Origin: Thecamonas trahens ATCC 50062
Lineage: Eukaryota > Protista > Apusomonadida
Direction: 5' to 3'
DNA length: 64,000 nucleotides
Assembly (NCBI RefSeq): GCF_000142905.1
Contig: NW_013657633.1
Coordinates: forward strand, 169,154-233,153
Part shown: piece after piece, positions 12,486 to 21,900 of the stretch
Numbering within the stretch: the first letter of the stretch is position 1
Layout: each line of letters starts with the position of its first letter
Notes under the pieces: model-generated
Database searches by the model: none
What the model saw: only the letters and a program-made list of their open reading frames with translations
What the model was told of the DNA's origin: nothing
Made by a program: the position numbers and the translations under genes

Positions 12486-14132
12486 ATGGAGGTGGGCGGC
12501 TTTGTGACGGTGGCTGGACTCGTTTGGGCTGTGGTGTACCTGGCGGTTGGACTGGCTCTCGCCGTCTTGGCTCTCTACCTGTACTTGCAGTATGTGTGGA
12601 GAGTGGGCAAACGGCTGGCTGTTCCGCTGCTCCCGCCGCGGTTCCCGCTCGGATCGGCGGCGATCTTCTCGGATCTGGCAAGGGCTGGCGGAAGGCGACG
12701 TGAGTTCAACCTCTTCCGCCATCTGCATCACGTCTTTCTCAATCCGCGTGAGTGGCTCGTAGATCTGCATCTTGACGAGACTGCCGAGCGTGATGCTCGC
12801 GGCGCGCCGCGCGCCATCCAGCTGTACTTTGCCACGCGGTCCATGCTTGTGCTGCGGACGCGCGAAGATCTGCAGGTCATGCTGGGGAGCAAGGCATGCG
12901 CTGGGCGGATTGTGTCGGCCATTGGCAACGAGATCTTCCGCCAAAAGGGTATTGTCTTTATCTCGGACATGCCCAAGTGGAAGGTCCATCGGTCTGCAGC
13001 ACTGCGGGGCCTCCTTCGCCCCTCATTTCTCAAGCGCCTGTTTGCGACATCGATGGTGCCGGTGGCGGATGACTTTGTGGCTCACGTTGAGGCGAGCGGC
13101 ACGGTGTTTGACGTTGCAGACCTCTCGGCGCTTACTCTTGAGATCATCGGCGAGGCCGCGCTCTCGCTCTGCCTCTGCTCATTCCCGCGAGCCTCACTCA
13201 AGGGCGGCACCGGCGCAAAAAGCGACGATCTGGCGTCTCTAGCCGCGTTCCGTGACTCTGTTCACGGCATTCTCCGCGGGCTCACTCTTCTGGGCACCAA
13301 GCCGGGCCTGCTCCTTCCGTTCTATTCGGCCGAGCGGGCCAAGGTCCAGGCGGCGTCGCGAGTTATGATGGAGTTTATGGAGGCGTTCATCGCGCAGCGC
13401 AAGGCGGCACGGGCGAACGGGAGCCACGCCACGCCGTCGGGCGAACCGGACTTTCTGGATATTCTGCTCGAGTCGGCCGAGGCCGAGGAAGCCGACAGCG
13501 TCGCAGGTGAGGCGCACTTTACCCATGCCGACATTGCGTACACGCTGCAGGACATGATGATTGCTGGGCATGAGACGACATCGCACACGCTCGCATGGGC
13601 CCTCTTCTTCCTTGCGCAGGATCGTGAGCTCCAGGAGCGGGTGGCGAACGAGGTGGTGGGGGCGTGGGGCCCGGACGGCGAGCCCGAGTACGCCTCGCTT
13701 GCCTCGCTCGACCTCGTCCAGGCCGTGATCAAGGAGACGCTGCGGCTGCGGCCGACGGTGCCGTCGCTGATGCGGCGGACGCTCGAGGATACCGAGATCA
13801 ACGGGCTGGCGGTACCCGCCGACACCGTCATTATGGGTGCACCGTACACGCTCGGCCTGGATCCGGACGAGTACCCGTCGCCCGAGACCTTTGACGCCGA
13901 CCGCTGGCTGGCAAATCCGGGTCTCAAGCTCCCGTTTGTCTTTGGCGCCGGTCCACGCTCATGCATCGGTGAGCGGATGGCAATGATTGAGGCCAAGCTC
14001 GCGCTCAGTGTCTTTGTCCGCGCTTTTGCCTTTACCCTCATCACTCCGCCGGACGACGTCGACATGTTCCAATCGATCACCATGTGCCCGCATCCCAAGC
14101 TCGAGCTCTCAGTCTCTCGGCGTGTGGTGTGA
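12486..14132 (+). CDS. Cytochrome P450, membrane-anchored (CYP4/CYP3-clan-like); possible ATG micro-exon at 12368-12370
   Basis: N-terminal TM anchor, I-helix AGHETT, KETLR (ExxR), FDADRW, heme motif FGAGPRSCIG. Confidence 0.95.
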   Translation: MEVGGFVTVAGLVWAVVYLAVGLALAVLALYLYLQYVWRVGKRLAVPLLPPRFPLGSAAIFSDLARAGGRRREFNLFRHLHHVFLNPREWLVDLHLDETAERDARGAPRAIQLYFATRSMLVLRTREDLQVMLGSKACAGRIVSAIGNEIFRQKGIVFISDMPKWKVHRSAALRGLLRPSFLKRLFATSMVPVADDFVAHVEASGTVFDVADLSALTLEIIGEAALSLCLCSFPRASLKGGTGAKSDDLASLAAFRDSVHGILRGLTLLGTKPGLLLPFYSAERAKVQAASRVMMEFMEAFIAQRKAARANGSHATPSGEPDFLDILLESAEAEEADSVAGEAHFTHADIAYTLQDMMIAGHETTSHTLAWALFFLAQDRELQERVANEVVGAWGPDGEPEYASLASLDLVQAVIKETLRLRPTVPSLMRRTLEDTEINGLAVPADTVIMGAPYTLGLDPDEYPSPETFDADRWLANPGLKLPFVFGAGPRSCIGERMAMIEAKLALSVFVRAFAFTLITPPDDVDMFQSITMCPHPKLELSVSRRVV

Positions 14133-14274
14133 TGAGCAACATAAAGCCATTGTCTGATGTCTGAGTGATCCTCTTCAAAGTCAGGTCGCCCGATCTGGGA
14201 GTTGGGGACGGGCGGGGGCGAAGGGGGGGGGGGGGGGGGGGCTTGTTCGGCGGGTGTTGGTGGCGGGCGAACAG

Positions 14275-14832
14275 GGCCTGCTCTCGATGCTGCGGAAGCT
14301 GAAGAAGACCGATAAGGAGGTGCGTATTCTGCTGCTGGGGCTGGACAATGCAGGGAAGACGTCCATTCTCAAGAAGCTGGCCAAGGAGGACATCTCGCAC
14401 ACGATGCCGACGCAGGGCTTCCATGTCAAGTCGATCCAGCAGGAGAGCTTCAAGCTCAACGTGTGGGACATTGGCGGGCAGCGGACCATCCGGCCGTACT
14501 GGCGCAACTACTTTGACAACTGTGACGCACTGGTCTACGTCATCGACTCGGCGGACGAGCGGCGGCTGGAGGAGACCGGTTTTGAGCTCAACGAGCTGCT
14601 GGAGGAGGACACGCTGTCAGGCATCCCGCTCCTGCTCTTTGCGAACAAGCAGGATCTCATTTCTGCCCTCGACCCGGCAGACATTGCTGACGGCCTCAAC
14701 CTCTACGCCATCCGCGATCGCCAATGGCAGATCCAGGCGTGCTCGGCCAAGACCGGAGACGGTCTGGAGGAGGGCATGAAGTGGGTTGTCGACTCTATTA
14801 GCTCGGGCTCGGGTGCGGGGCCGTCGTCTTAA
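14275..14832 (+). CDS. ARL3: ADP-ribosylation factor-like 3 GTPase; coding exon 2 only, initiator ATG not adjacent
   Basis: [59 protein letters not shown]. The sequence begins right after an AACAG acceptor at Gly2. Confidence 0.93.
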   Translation, partial: GLLSMLRKLKKTDKEVRILLLGLDNAGKTSILKKLAKEDISHTMPTQGFHVKSIQQESFKLNVWDIGGQRTIRPYWRNYFDNCDALVYVIDSADERRLEETGFELNELLEEDTLSGIPLLLFANKQDLISALDPADIADGLNLYAIRDRQWQIQACSAKTGDGLEEGMKWVVDSISSGSGAGPSS

Positions 14833-14904
14833 GCTGGACCAGCAACCGTGTACCGTGTACCATGTACCATGTAGAGGAGCAAGCTAAAGTCAAGCCAAGT
14901 CGGC

Positions 14905-14972
14905 GCGGCAAGCCGCCAACCAAGCGAGCCGCCAAACCTAAGCGAGCCGCCAAACCCAGGCGAGCCATCAGC
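14905..14972 (+). repeat. Short degenerate tandem repeat (AAGCGAGCCGCCAAACC-like) in intergenic DNA
   Basis: caagcgagccgccaaacc / taagcgagccgccaaacc / aggcgagcc. Confidence 0.6.
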
Positions 14973-15084
14973 CCAATCGCCGCCGAAGGCCACTCACCCG
15001 CACAATGATGGGCCCACGCACCCTACCCACACAGCCACAGGCCACACGGCCACGCACCCCTCTCTTCCGACTCATCCCTCAGTT

Positions 15085-17118
15085 ATGGCATCCCCGTCGT
15101 CTGTTCGGGAGGAAGAGTCACCGCTCATGCGCAAGACTGTCCGTGTCCCCTTCTACTTTCCCGCCGACGCCAAAGTAGGCACCGGGACTGGAGAAGGAGC
15201 TGGGGAGGGAGCTGGGGCGGGAGAGAGCAACGTGGCTGACGTCGTCCTTGCTGGCTCGTTTGATGGATGGAGTGGCCGGATTCCGCTGACCCTGGAAGGG
15301 AGACACTATGAGACATCGCTGACGCTCCGGCCGGGCATCTACTCGTACAAGTTTGTGGTCAATGGCAAGTGGACGCTCGCGCCGCATCAGGCGACGGTGG
15401 TGGACGAGAACGGGCACGTGAACCACTGCATCAGCGTGACACTGCCGAGCAGCTCGTCGACGTCGTTGGAGAGCATGGTGCCGGCGCATTTGCAGGTGGC
15501 AACGGCGCCGGCAGGGTCGGCGACAACGTCGACGTACAACACGCCCGCGGCGTCCCCGAACCCCTCGGCGTACGACATGAGCGAAGAAAACGATGAGGAG
15601 CTGTCGGACTTTGGCTCGGACGTGGACGAGCTGGCCACCAGCCTGGCGTCGGTCACCCACCCACTGGTCATCCACGGTGGGCCGGCGTATGGGTCGGCGA
15701 TTCTGCAGAACCAGTTGCTGCTCGATGGGGTCTTCCGCGTCGACAACTCGAACGAGGCCAAGGCCGGCGAGCGCAAGCTGGTCTTGGCCATGGTCGGCCT
15801 GCCGGCGCGTGGCAAGTCATTTATTGCGCAAAAGCTGCAAAGGTACCTAAAGTGGATCGGGTTTGAGACCAAGATCTTCAACAACGGCATGTATCGCCGC
15901 GACAACATCGGCTCGTACCTCTCGCACGACTTTTTCCGGGCCGACAACCGCGACGGCGTCGAAGCGCGGTCGCGAATGGCGCGGATGGCGCTGGCGGACA
16001 TGTGCGCGTGGTTTGCCGAGGACCCCAAGCACCACATTGGCATTCTCGACGCCACCAACTCGACCCGAGCGCGGCGCAAGTTTGTGGTCAACTACCTCAA
16101 GACGCCGTCAACGTTCTCGGTCAAGGTTGTGTTTATCGAAGTCATCTGCAACCGGCCTGAGGTCATCAAGCGCAACGTGCTGCACAAGCACAAGTTCTCG
16201 CCCGACTACGCCGGGATGACCGAGGACGAGGCCGTGTCAGACTTTACCGAGCGCATTGCCCACTACGAGGCGGCGTACGAGCCAGTTCAGGAGCGGTCCG
16301 TCTCGTTCATTCGGCTCTTTGACGTCGGACGCGAGACGCAGACCAACCGGATCAAGGGCTACCTCCCGACCAAGATCGTGTTCTTCCTCATGAACATGCA
16401 CATTGTCCAGCGGCCGATCTACCTCTCGCGCCACGGCGAGTCCGAGTTTAACCGGCAAGACCGGATCGGCGGCGACTCGCCGCTCACTCTTTCGGGCCTC
16501 AAGTATGCCGAGGCGCTCGGCGAGTGGATGGAGAAGGAGACCGACCACGACACCTCGGGCTACCTCCGCGACCTCGACTCGGACCTCATCATTTTTACCT
16601 CGACCATGGTGCGGACCATCCAGTCGGCGGAGAAGATCAAGTGCGCCCAGCTGCTGCGATGGAAGGCGCTCGAGGAGATCTCGGTCGGCATCTGCGACGG
16701 CATGACGCCTGCCGAGTTTGAGGCGACGTACCCCGACGAGTACGCCGCCCGCATCGCCGACAAGCTCCGCTACCGCTACCCGCGTGGCGAGGGCTACGAA
16801 GATCTCATTGCCCGCCTCGAGCCGGTCATCTTTGAGCTCGAGCGCCAGGTCCTTCCGGTCCTGGTCATCGGCCACCAGGCCGTCCTCCGCTGCCTTTACG
16901 GCTACCTCATGGGCTTGGACATCGAGGAGGTCCCCCACACCCCCATCCCGCTCCACACCGTCATCCGTCTTGTCCCGCGCGCCTACGGCACAGAGGAGAC
17001 CCGCACGCTCCTGCACCCGCTCGACAACGCGGACGACCACGAGTCCGGCTCGCTCCGCGCCGAGCCGTCGCCGCTGGCCTCGGCAGCGTCAAGCGACACC
17101 TCGCCGCTGGGATCGTAG
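15085..17118 (+). CDS. PFKFB: 6-phosphofructo-2-kinase/fructose-2,6-bisphosphatase with N-terminal AMPK-beta-type glycogen-binding (CBM48-like) domain
   Basis: LAGSFDGW..YSYKFVVNGKW (CBM); MVGLPARGKS P-loop; LDATNST; phosphatase RHGES and IGHQAVLR. Confidence 0.95.
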   Translation: MASPSSVREEESPLMRKTVRVPFYFPADAKVGTGTGEGAGEGAGAGESNVADVVLAGSFDGWSGRIPLTLEGRHYETSLTLRPGIYSYKFVVNGKWTLAPHQATVVDENGHVNHCISVTLPSSSSTSLESMVPAHLQVATAPAGSATTSTYNTPAASPNPSAYDMSEENDEELSDFGSDVDELATSLASVTHPLVIHGGPAYGSAILQNQLLLDGVFRVDNSNEAKAGERKLVLAMVGLPARGKSFIAQKLQRYLKWIGFETKIFNNGMYRRDNIGSYLSHDFFRADNRDGVEARSRMARMALADMCAWFAEDPKHHIGILDATNSTRARRKFVVNYLKTPSTFSVKVVFIEVICNRPEVIKRNVLHKHKFSPDYAGMTEDEAVSDFTERIAHYEAAYEPVQERSVSFIRLFDVGRETQTNRIKGYLPTKIVFFLMNMHIVQRPIYLSRHGESEFNRQDRIGGDSPLTLSGLKYAEALGEWMEKETDHDTSGYLRDLDSDLIIFTSTMVRTIQSAEKIKCAQLLRWKALEEISVGICDGMTPAEFEATYPDEYAARIADKLRYRYPRGEGYEDLIARLEPVIFELERQVLPVLVIGHQAVLRCLYGYLMGLDIEEVPHTPIPLHTVIRLVPRAYGTEETRTLLHPLDNADDHESGSLRAEPSPLASAASSDTSPLGS

Positions 17119-17339
17119 CTTGCGCTGCGCACATTGACTGCTATAAACTCAACGTTGCTTGGCTGGCCGAGTGAGTTCGCTTTTATCACACCGGTTTGGG
17201 CTTGTCGCAAGCCAGCCAACATGACCGGCCTGCCGGGCCAGCTTCGGATGTTGTCGATCTCGAGCACAGCGAGTGCAGGTGGAGGAGAGGGAGTGCAGAT
17301 GGAGAGAGAATCGCAGGAGGCGATGTAAGCGAGAGGGCC

Positions 17340-17787
17340 TTACGACTCGTACTCGTACTCGTACTCGGCGCTGGCCTCCTCGTACTCGTCCGAGTCGGCA
17401 TCCGAGTCGACGTACTCGTCCGAGTCGGCGTACTCGTAGCTGTAGTTGCCAACCTCGGCATCCACGGCACGCTTGTGAGCAGCAACGACCTCGTCGTCAT
17501 CATCGCAGCAGCCGCGCTTGGCGAGGAAGTACGCACCGACGAAAACGAGAATGGCAACAATGACGATGCCCACGAGCAGAATGATCCCATCCTCATTGTC
17601 CAGTCCAAGCGTCTCAGCCCGGGCAGGCGCCACACAGAGTGCCGCAGCAAGAGCAAGACTCTATGTCCAAAGCCCACCGTCCAGACGATGCCAACGACCA
17701 CGACCATGACCACGACCACGACCATGACCACGACCACGATTCCACGACCATGACCACGACCACGATTACGACCACGACCACGACCAT

Positions 17788-17823
<36 letters not shown>

Positions 17824-17885
17824 AACCACGACCACATGTACCGAGAGCCCCCCGCCACCAACCAGAAAGAGCGAGCAAACAGCAT
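17340..17885 (-). CDS. Small type-I membrane protein with acidic, Tyr-rich cytoplasmic tail (probable exons 17842-17885, 17340-17660)
   Basis: Signal-like LALAAALCVAPARA, about 10-aa ectodomain, TM GIILLVGIVIVAILVFVGAYFLA, KRGCC, tail with 8 Tyr. The intron GTACAT...CATAG contains a microsatellite; exon 1 phase fits only if one G is missing in a G6 run or a GAG acceptor is used. Confidence 0.7.
17695..17835. repeat. (GACCAC/GACCAT)n hexamer microsatellite (intronic)
   Basis: About 20 tandem hexamers visible. Confidence 0.95.
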
Positions 17886-18796
17886 GATGAGAAAAAGGGC
17901 AAGTGAGTGGGTGGTAGCAAGCAGAGTAGCTATGTCATATTCCCTTCCCCCTTCCCCTTACCCCCTTCCCCCTTCCCCCTTCCCCCTCCCCCCCCTTCCC
18001 CACCTTCCCCCTGCAAACACCCGCACCGACCACTGTTCGTTCCCTCTCGCTACCCACGCTGCCGCTCTCTCCCCCCCCCCCCTGCCACCGGCCACCAGTA
18101 CCACCCTCCCCCCTCCTCCCTCCCCCTCCTCCCCTCCTCTACTACTGCCACTGTACATACCGCAGTAGTGAACATTGTAAATGTGTGGGGAGAGTGATGT
18201 GGAAGTGAGCCAGTAGGTGCGTCGGCACTGGCATGGTAGTGCATGTAACCCGGGGAGGGGAAGGGAGAGTGTCTTCCGGGGGGAGGAGGAGGCGAAAACG
18301 ATACGGCTGAGGGAAGGAATGGTGGAGGGCGGGTGAAAAGCGGAGAGTCGTTGGGGGATTTTTTTGGCGGGGGGGCGGGGGAGGGGGAGGGGGAGGGAGG
18401 GGGAGCGTATCCCCTCCCCGATTCCCCTTGTTGGAGGGTGGGGAGGGGGCTAAACTGGGGATAAGGAACGGGGGGACGGGGGGGGAGGGAGGGAGGGAGG
18501 GAGGGAGGGGGGTAGCATCTTTATCGTCATCGTCACTATCGCCATTGTCATTATCATCGTCGTCGCCGTGGCTGTCCTTGTCGTCGTCACGTCAAACCGT
18601 CGGGTAGCATAGTGGTCGTCATGGTCGCTATCGCTGTCATTGCCATCAACATCGTCGTCGTCGTCGTTGTTATCATCTTCATCATCGTCTTCGCCGCCAT
18701 CATCATCGTTGTCGCCAACATCAAGCTTCTCACGCCATCGCCCACGTGTAACGGCAGTCACATGGGAAGTCGGAGCGAGGCGACCGACGACCACCT

Positions 18797-18941
18797 TCCA
18801 CACACACACACACCGCCACAACGACACACCGACACAGAGACAAAGACAGAGACAAAGACAGACACACCTCACACACACACACACACACACACCACCACCA
18901 CCACCACCACCACCACCACCACCGCACCACCACCACCACCA
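18797..18941. repeat. Compound (CA)n / (GACAAA,GACAGA)n / (CCA)n microsatellite upstream of the myosin
   Basis: Directly visible. Confidence 0.9.
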
Positions 18942-18967
18942 CCGCATACCTGTCATTTACGTTGGCT

Positions 18968-21900
18968 ATGGCCGCAAGCTCGTCGTCGTCGTCGGGCGAG
19001 GCCGAGGTTGTTTGGATTCCCGACGTGGAGAAGGGGTATGTGCTTGCGAGTGCCGAGACCCATCCTGATGAAGCGGACGAGTACCTTGTGCGGAGGCTTG
19101 GGAAGCAGTACGAGCGAGAGGATCCTGTGGCGATGGCCAAGAGCAAGACGTATCCGCGGAATCCTGAGACTCAAGATGGCGTGCCGGACAACACCCAGCT
19201 GATGCACCTGCACGAGGCCTCGCTGCTGCACAATCTTGGGGCGCGGTATGCCAACGACATCATCTACACGTACACGGCGTACATTCTCATCGCCGTCAAC
19301 CCGTACAAGTCGTTGCCCATCTACTCGCCCGAGACGCTCAACTCGTACCAGGGCAAGGCCATCGGCGTTCTCCCGCCGCACGCCTACGCGGTGGCCGACC
19401 GTGCGTACCGGTCGATGAAGGCATCAGGCGCATCGCAGTCGATCATCATTTCGGGCGAGTCCGGCGCCGGCAAGACCGAGACCGCAAAGATTGCCATGCG
19501 GTATCTGGCGGCGACGGGCGGGACCCACTCGGGCGTCTCGATGGGCTCGCTCGAGTCGCGGATCATTGCGGCCAACCCGATTCTGGAGGCGTTTGGTAAT
19601 GCCAAGACGCTGCGGAACGACAACTCGTCGCGGTTCGGCAAGTTTACCAAGATCCTGTTTGACGCTGGGGCTCACGTGTGCGGCGCGTCGATTGTGACGT
19701 ATCTGCTGGAAAAGTCGCGGATTGTGCAGCAAGCCGGGGGCGAGCGCAACTATCACGTCTTCTACCAGCTTCTCGCTGGAGCGAGCGAGGAGGAGGCGGC
19801 GCGGTGGAAGGTAGCGGGCATGGGCCCGGACGACTTTCACTACACCAACCAGTCTGGCTGCTCGACGCTCGACGACGTCGACGACGGTGCCGAGTTCCTC
19901 GCCATGCGGCAGGCGATGGTGGAGCTTGGCTTTGACAACGAGCCTGTGGAGGACATTTTCCGGATTGTGGCAGGCCTCCTCCACCTCGGCAACGTGACCT
20001 TTGCCGAGGCGCGCGGCTCGTCGGGCGGAGTGCGGATCGGCGACAGTGCGGCGCTCGCCGCCGCCGCCGAGCTCCTGGCTGTGCCGGAGGACGCGCTCGG
20101 GGCGCGGCTGTGCACGCGAACGATTGTGACGCGCGGCGAGACGTTCACCAAGCCGCTCTCGGAGCAGGAGGCTGTGTACTCGCGCGACGCTCTGGCTAAG
20201 CTCGTGTATGCGCGGGTGTTTGACTACCTGGTGGCGGTCATCAACGAGAGCCTGACCGGGAGCGAGTCACTCTCGTTCATCGGTGTCCTCGACATCTACG
20301 GCTTTGAGTACTTTGAGGACAACTCGTTTGAGCAGCTTTGCATCAATCTGGCGAACGAGAAGCTGCAGCAGCACTTTAACCACCAAGTTCTCCGGCAAGA
20401 GCAGGAGATTTACGACCGCGAGGGCATTGTGTGCAAGAAGATCGAGTTTGTGGACAACCAGGACGTGATCGACCTCATCGAGAAGGGCATTCTTCCGACG
20501 CTCGACGAGGAGGTGCGGCTGCCGCGCGGCTCGCCGCAGGGCTTTTGCTCCAAGGTCCACTCGGGCCACTCGAGCTCAAAGCGGCTGGGGCGGCCCAAGC
20601 CGTCGCGGACGTCAAAGGTCCGGCTGACGGCCGACGAGGGCTTTGTCATCAAGCACTTTGCAGGCGAGGTGACCTACAACGCGGCGTCGTTCCTGGACAA
20701 GAACAACGATGCGCTCAACCCGGATCTTGCCGCAATTGTGGGCTCGTCGGGCCTGGGGCTCATGGGCGAGCTGTTTTCGGAGGAGGCCAAGGGCGAGAGC
20801 GGAAGCGGAAGCGGGCGGCGGTCGCGGCGCAAGGCGTCTGTGGGATCCAAGTTTGTCAAGCAGCTCGGCGAGTTGATGACGGACCTCGAGGCGACAGACT
20901 CGCACTTTGTGCGGTGCCTCAAGCCCAACTCGGTCAAAAAGAGCGGGGTGTACGACGGAAAAATGGTGCTCGACCAGCTGCGGTGCTCGGGAATGCTCGA
21001 GGCGCTGCTGCTGATGCACGAGGGCTTCCCGACCCGGTGCCCGTACGAGGTTCTCTACGACCGATACAAGGACGTGGTGCCACCGGTCATTGCGGCGCTC
21101 GACTCTGCGTCGTTCTGCGAGGCGCTGTTCATGGCGCTCGAGGTGGACGCGTCCGAGTTCCAGCTCGGCATCACCAAGGTGTTCTTCCGGGCAGGCCGGC
21201 TGGCGTTTCTGGACGAGCTCCGTGGATCCGAGTACACGCAGCTGGCGGACGACATTGCGGAGAAGGTTGTCCGGTGGCTTGCGGCGAAGCGGATGAAGCG
21301 GGTGATCAACGCAATGCGGGCGTCGCTGCGAATGTCGACGCGGCTTGCCCAGCGGGCGGCGGGCGCCAAGCTTGCCGGCGCGTTTGGCGCCGTGTACCTG
21401 CTGGCCTCCTCGTTGCTGCCGGCGGCGAAGCGAACGCAGGCCGGGCTTGCGGCAGCGAAGATCCAGGCAACGTACAAGGCGTACAAGGCGCGGGCGGCGT
21501 TTGTGGCCAAGCGCAAGGCGGCGGTGGCAATCCAAGCCATTGCGCGCGGCATGCTGGTCTACCGCGAGTACGGCCCGATTCTCGCGCAGCGTGCGGCGGA
21601 GCGCGCGGCAGCGGCAGCAGCGGCGGCGGCGGAGCTCGAGGCGCTGCGGGCCGAAGAGCGGCAGCTGCGGATTGCAGCCGAGAAGCAGCGGCTGGAGGTG
21701 GAGCGCGCGGCGGCAGCCGAGCGGGCGCGCGTGGCAGAGGAGAAGCGCGCCCGGGAGGCGGCAGCGGCCGAGGCCGAGGCGTCTGCCGAGGTCCGGGCTG
21801 AGGTCGAGGCGGCGTTTGCTGAAAAGCTGGCGGCAATGGAGGCCGAGCGCGAGGCCGAGCGGGCGGCCGAGGCTGAGCGGGCGCAGGCAGAGAAGGGCGC

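Noticed and set aside
18450-18956. Asp-rich / hydrophobic ORFs upstream of the myosin
   Set aside because: Products of (TCG/TCA)n, (CA)n and (CCA)n microsatellites; no credible start or codon bias
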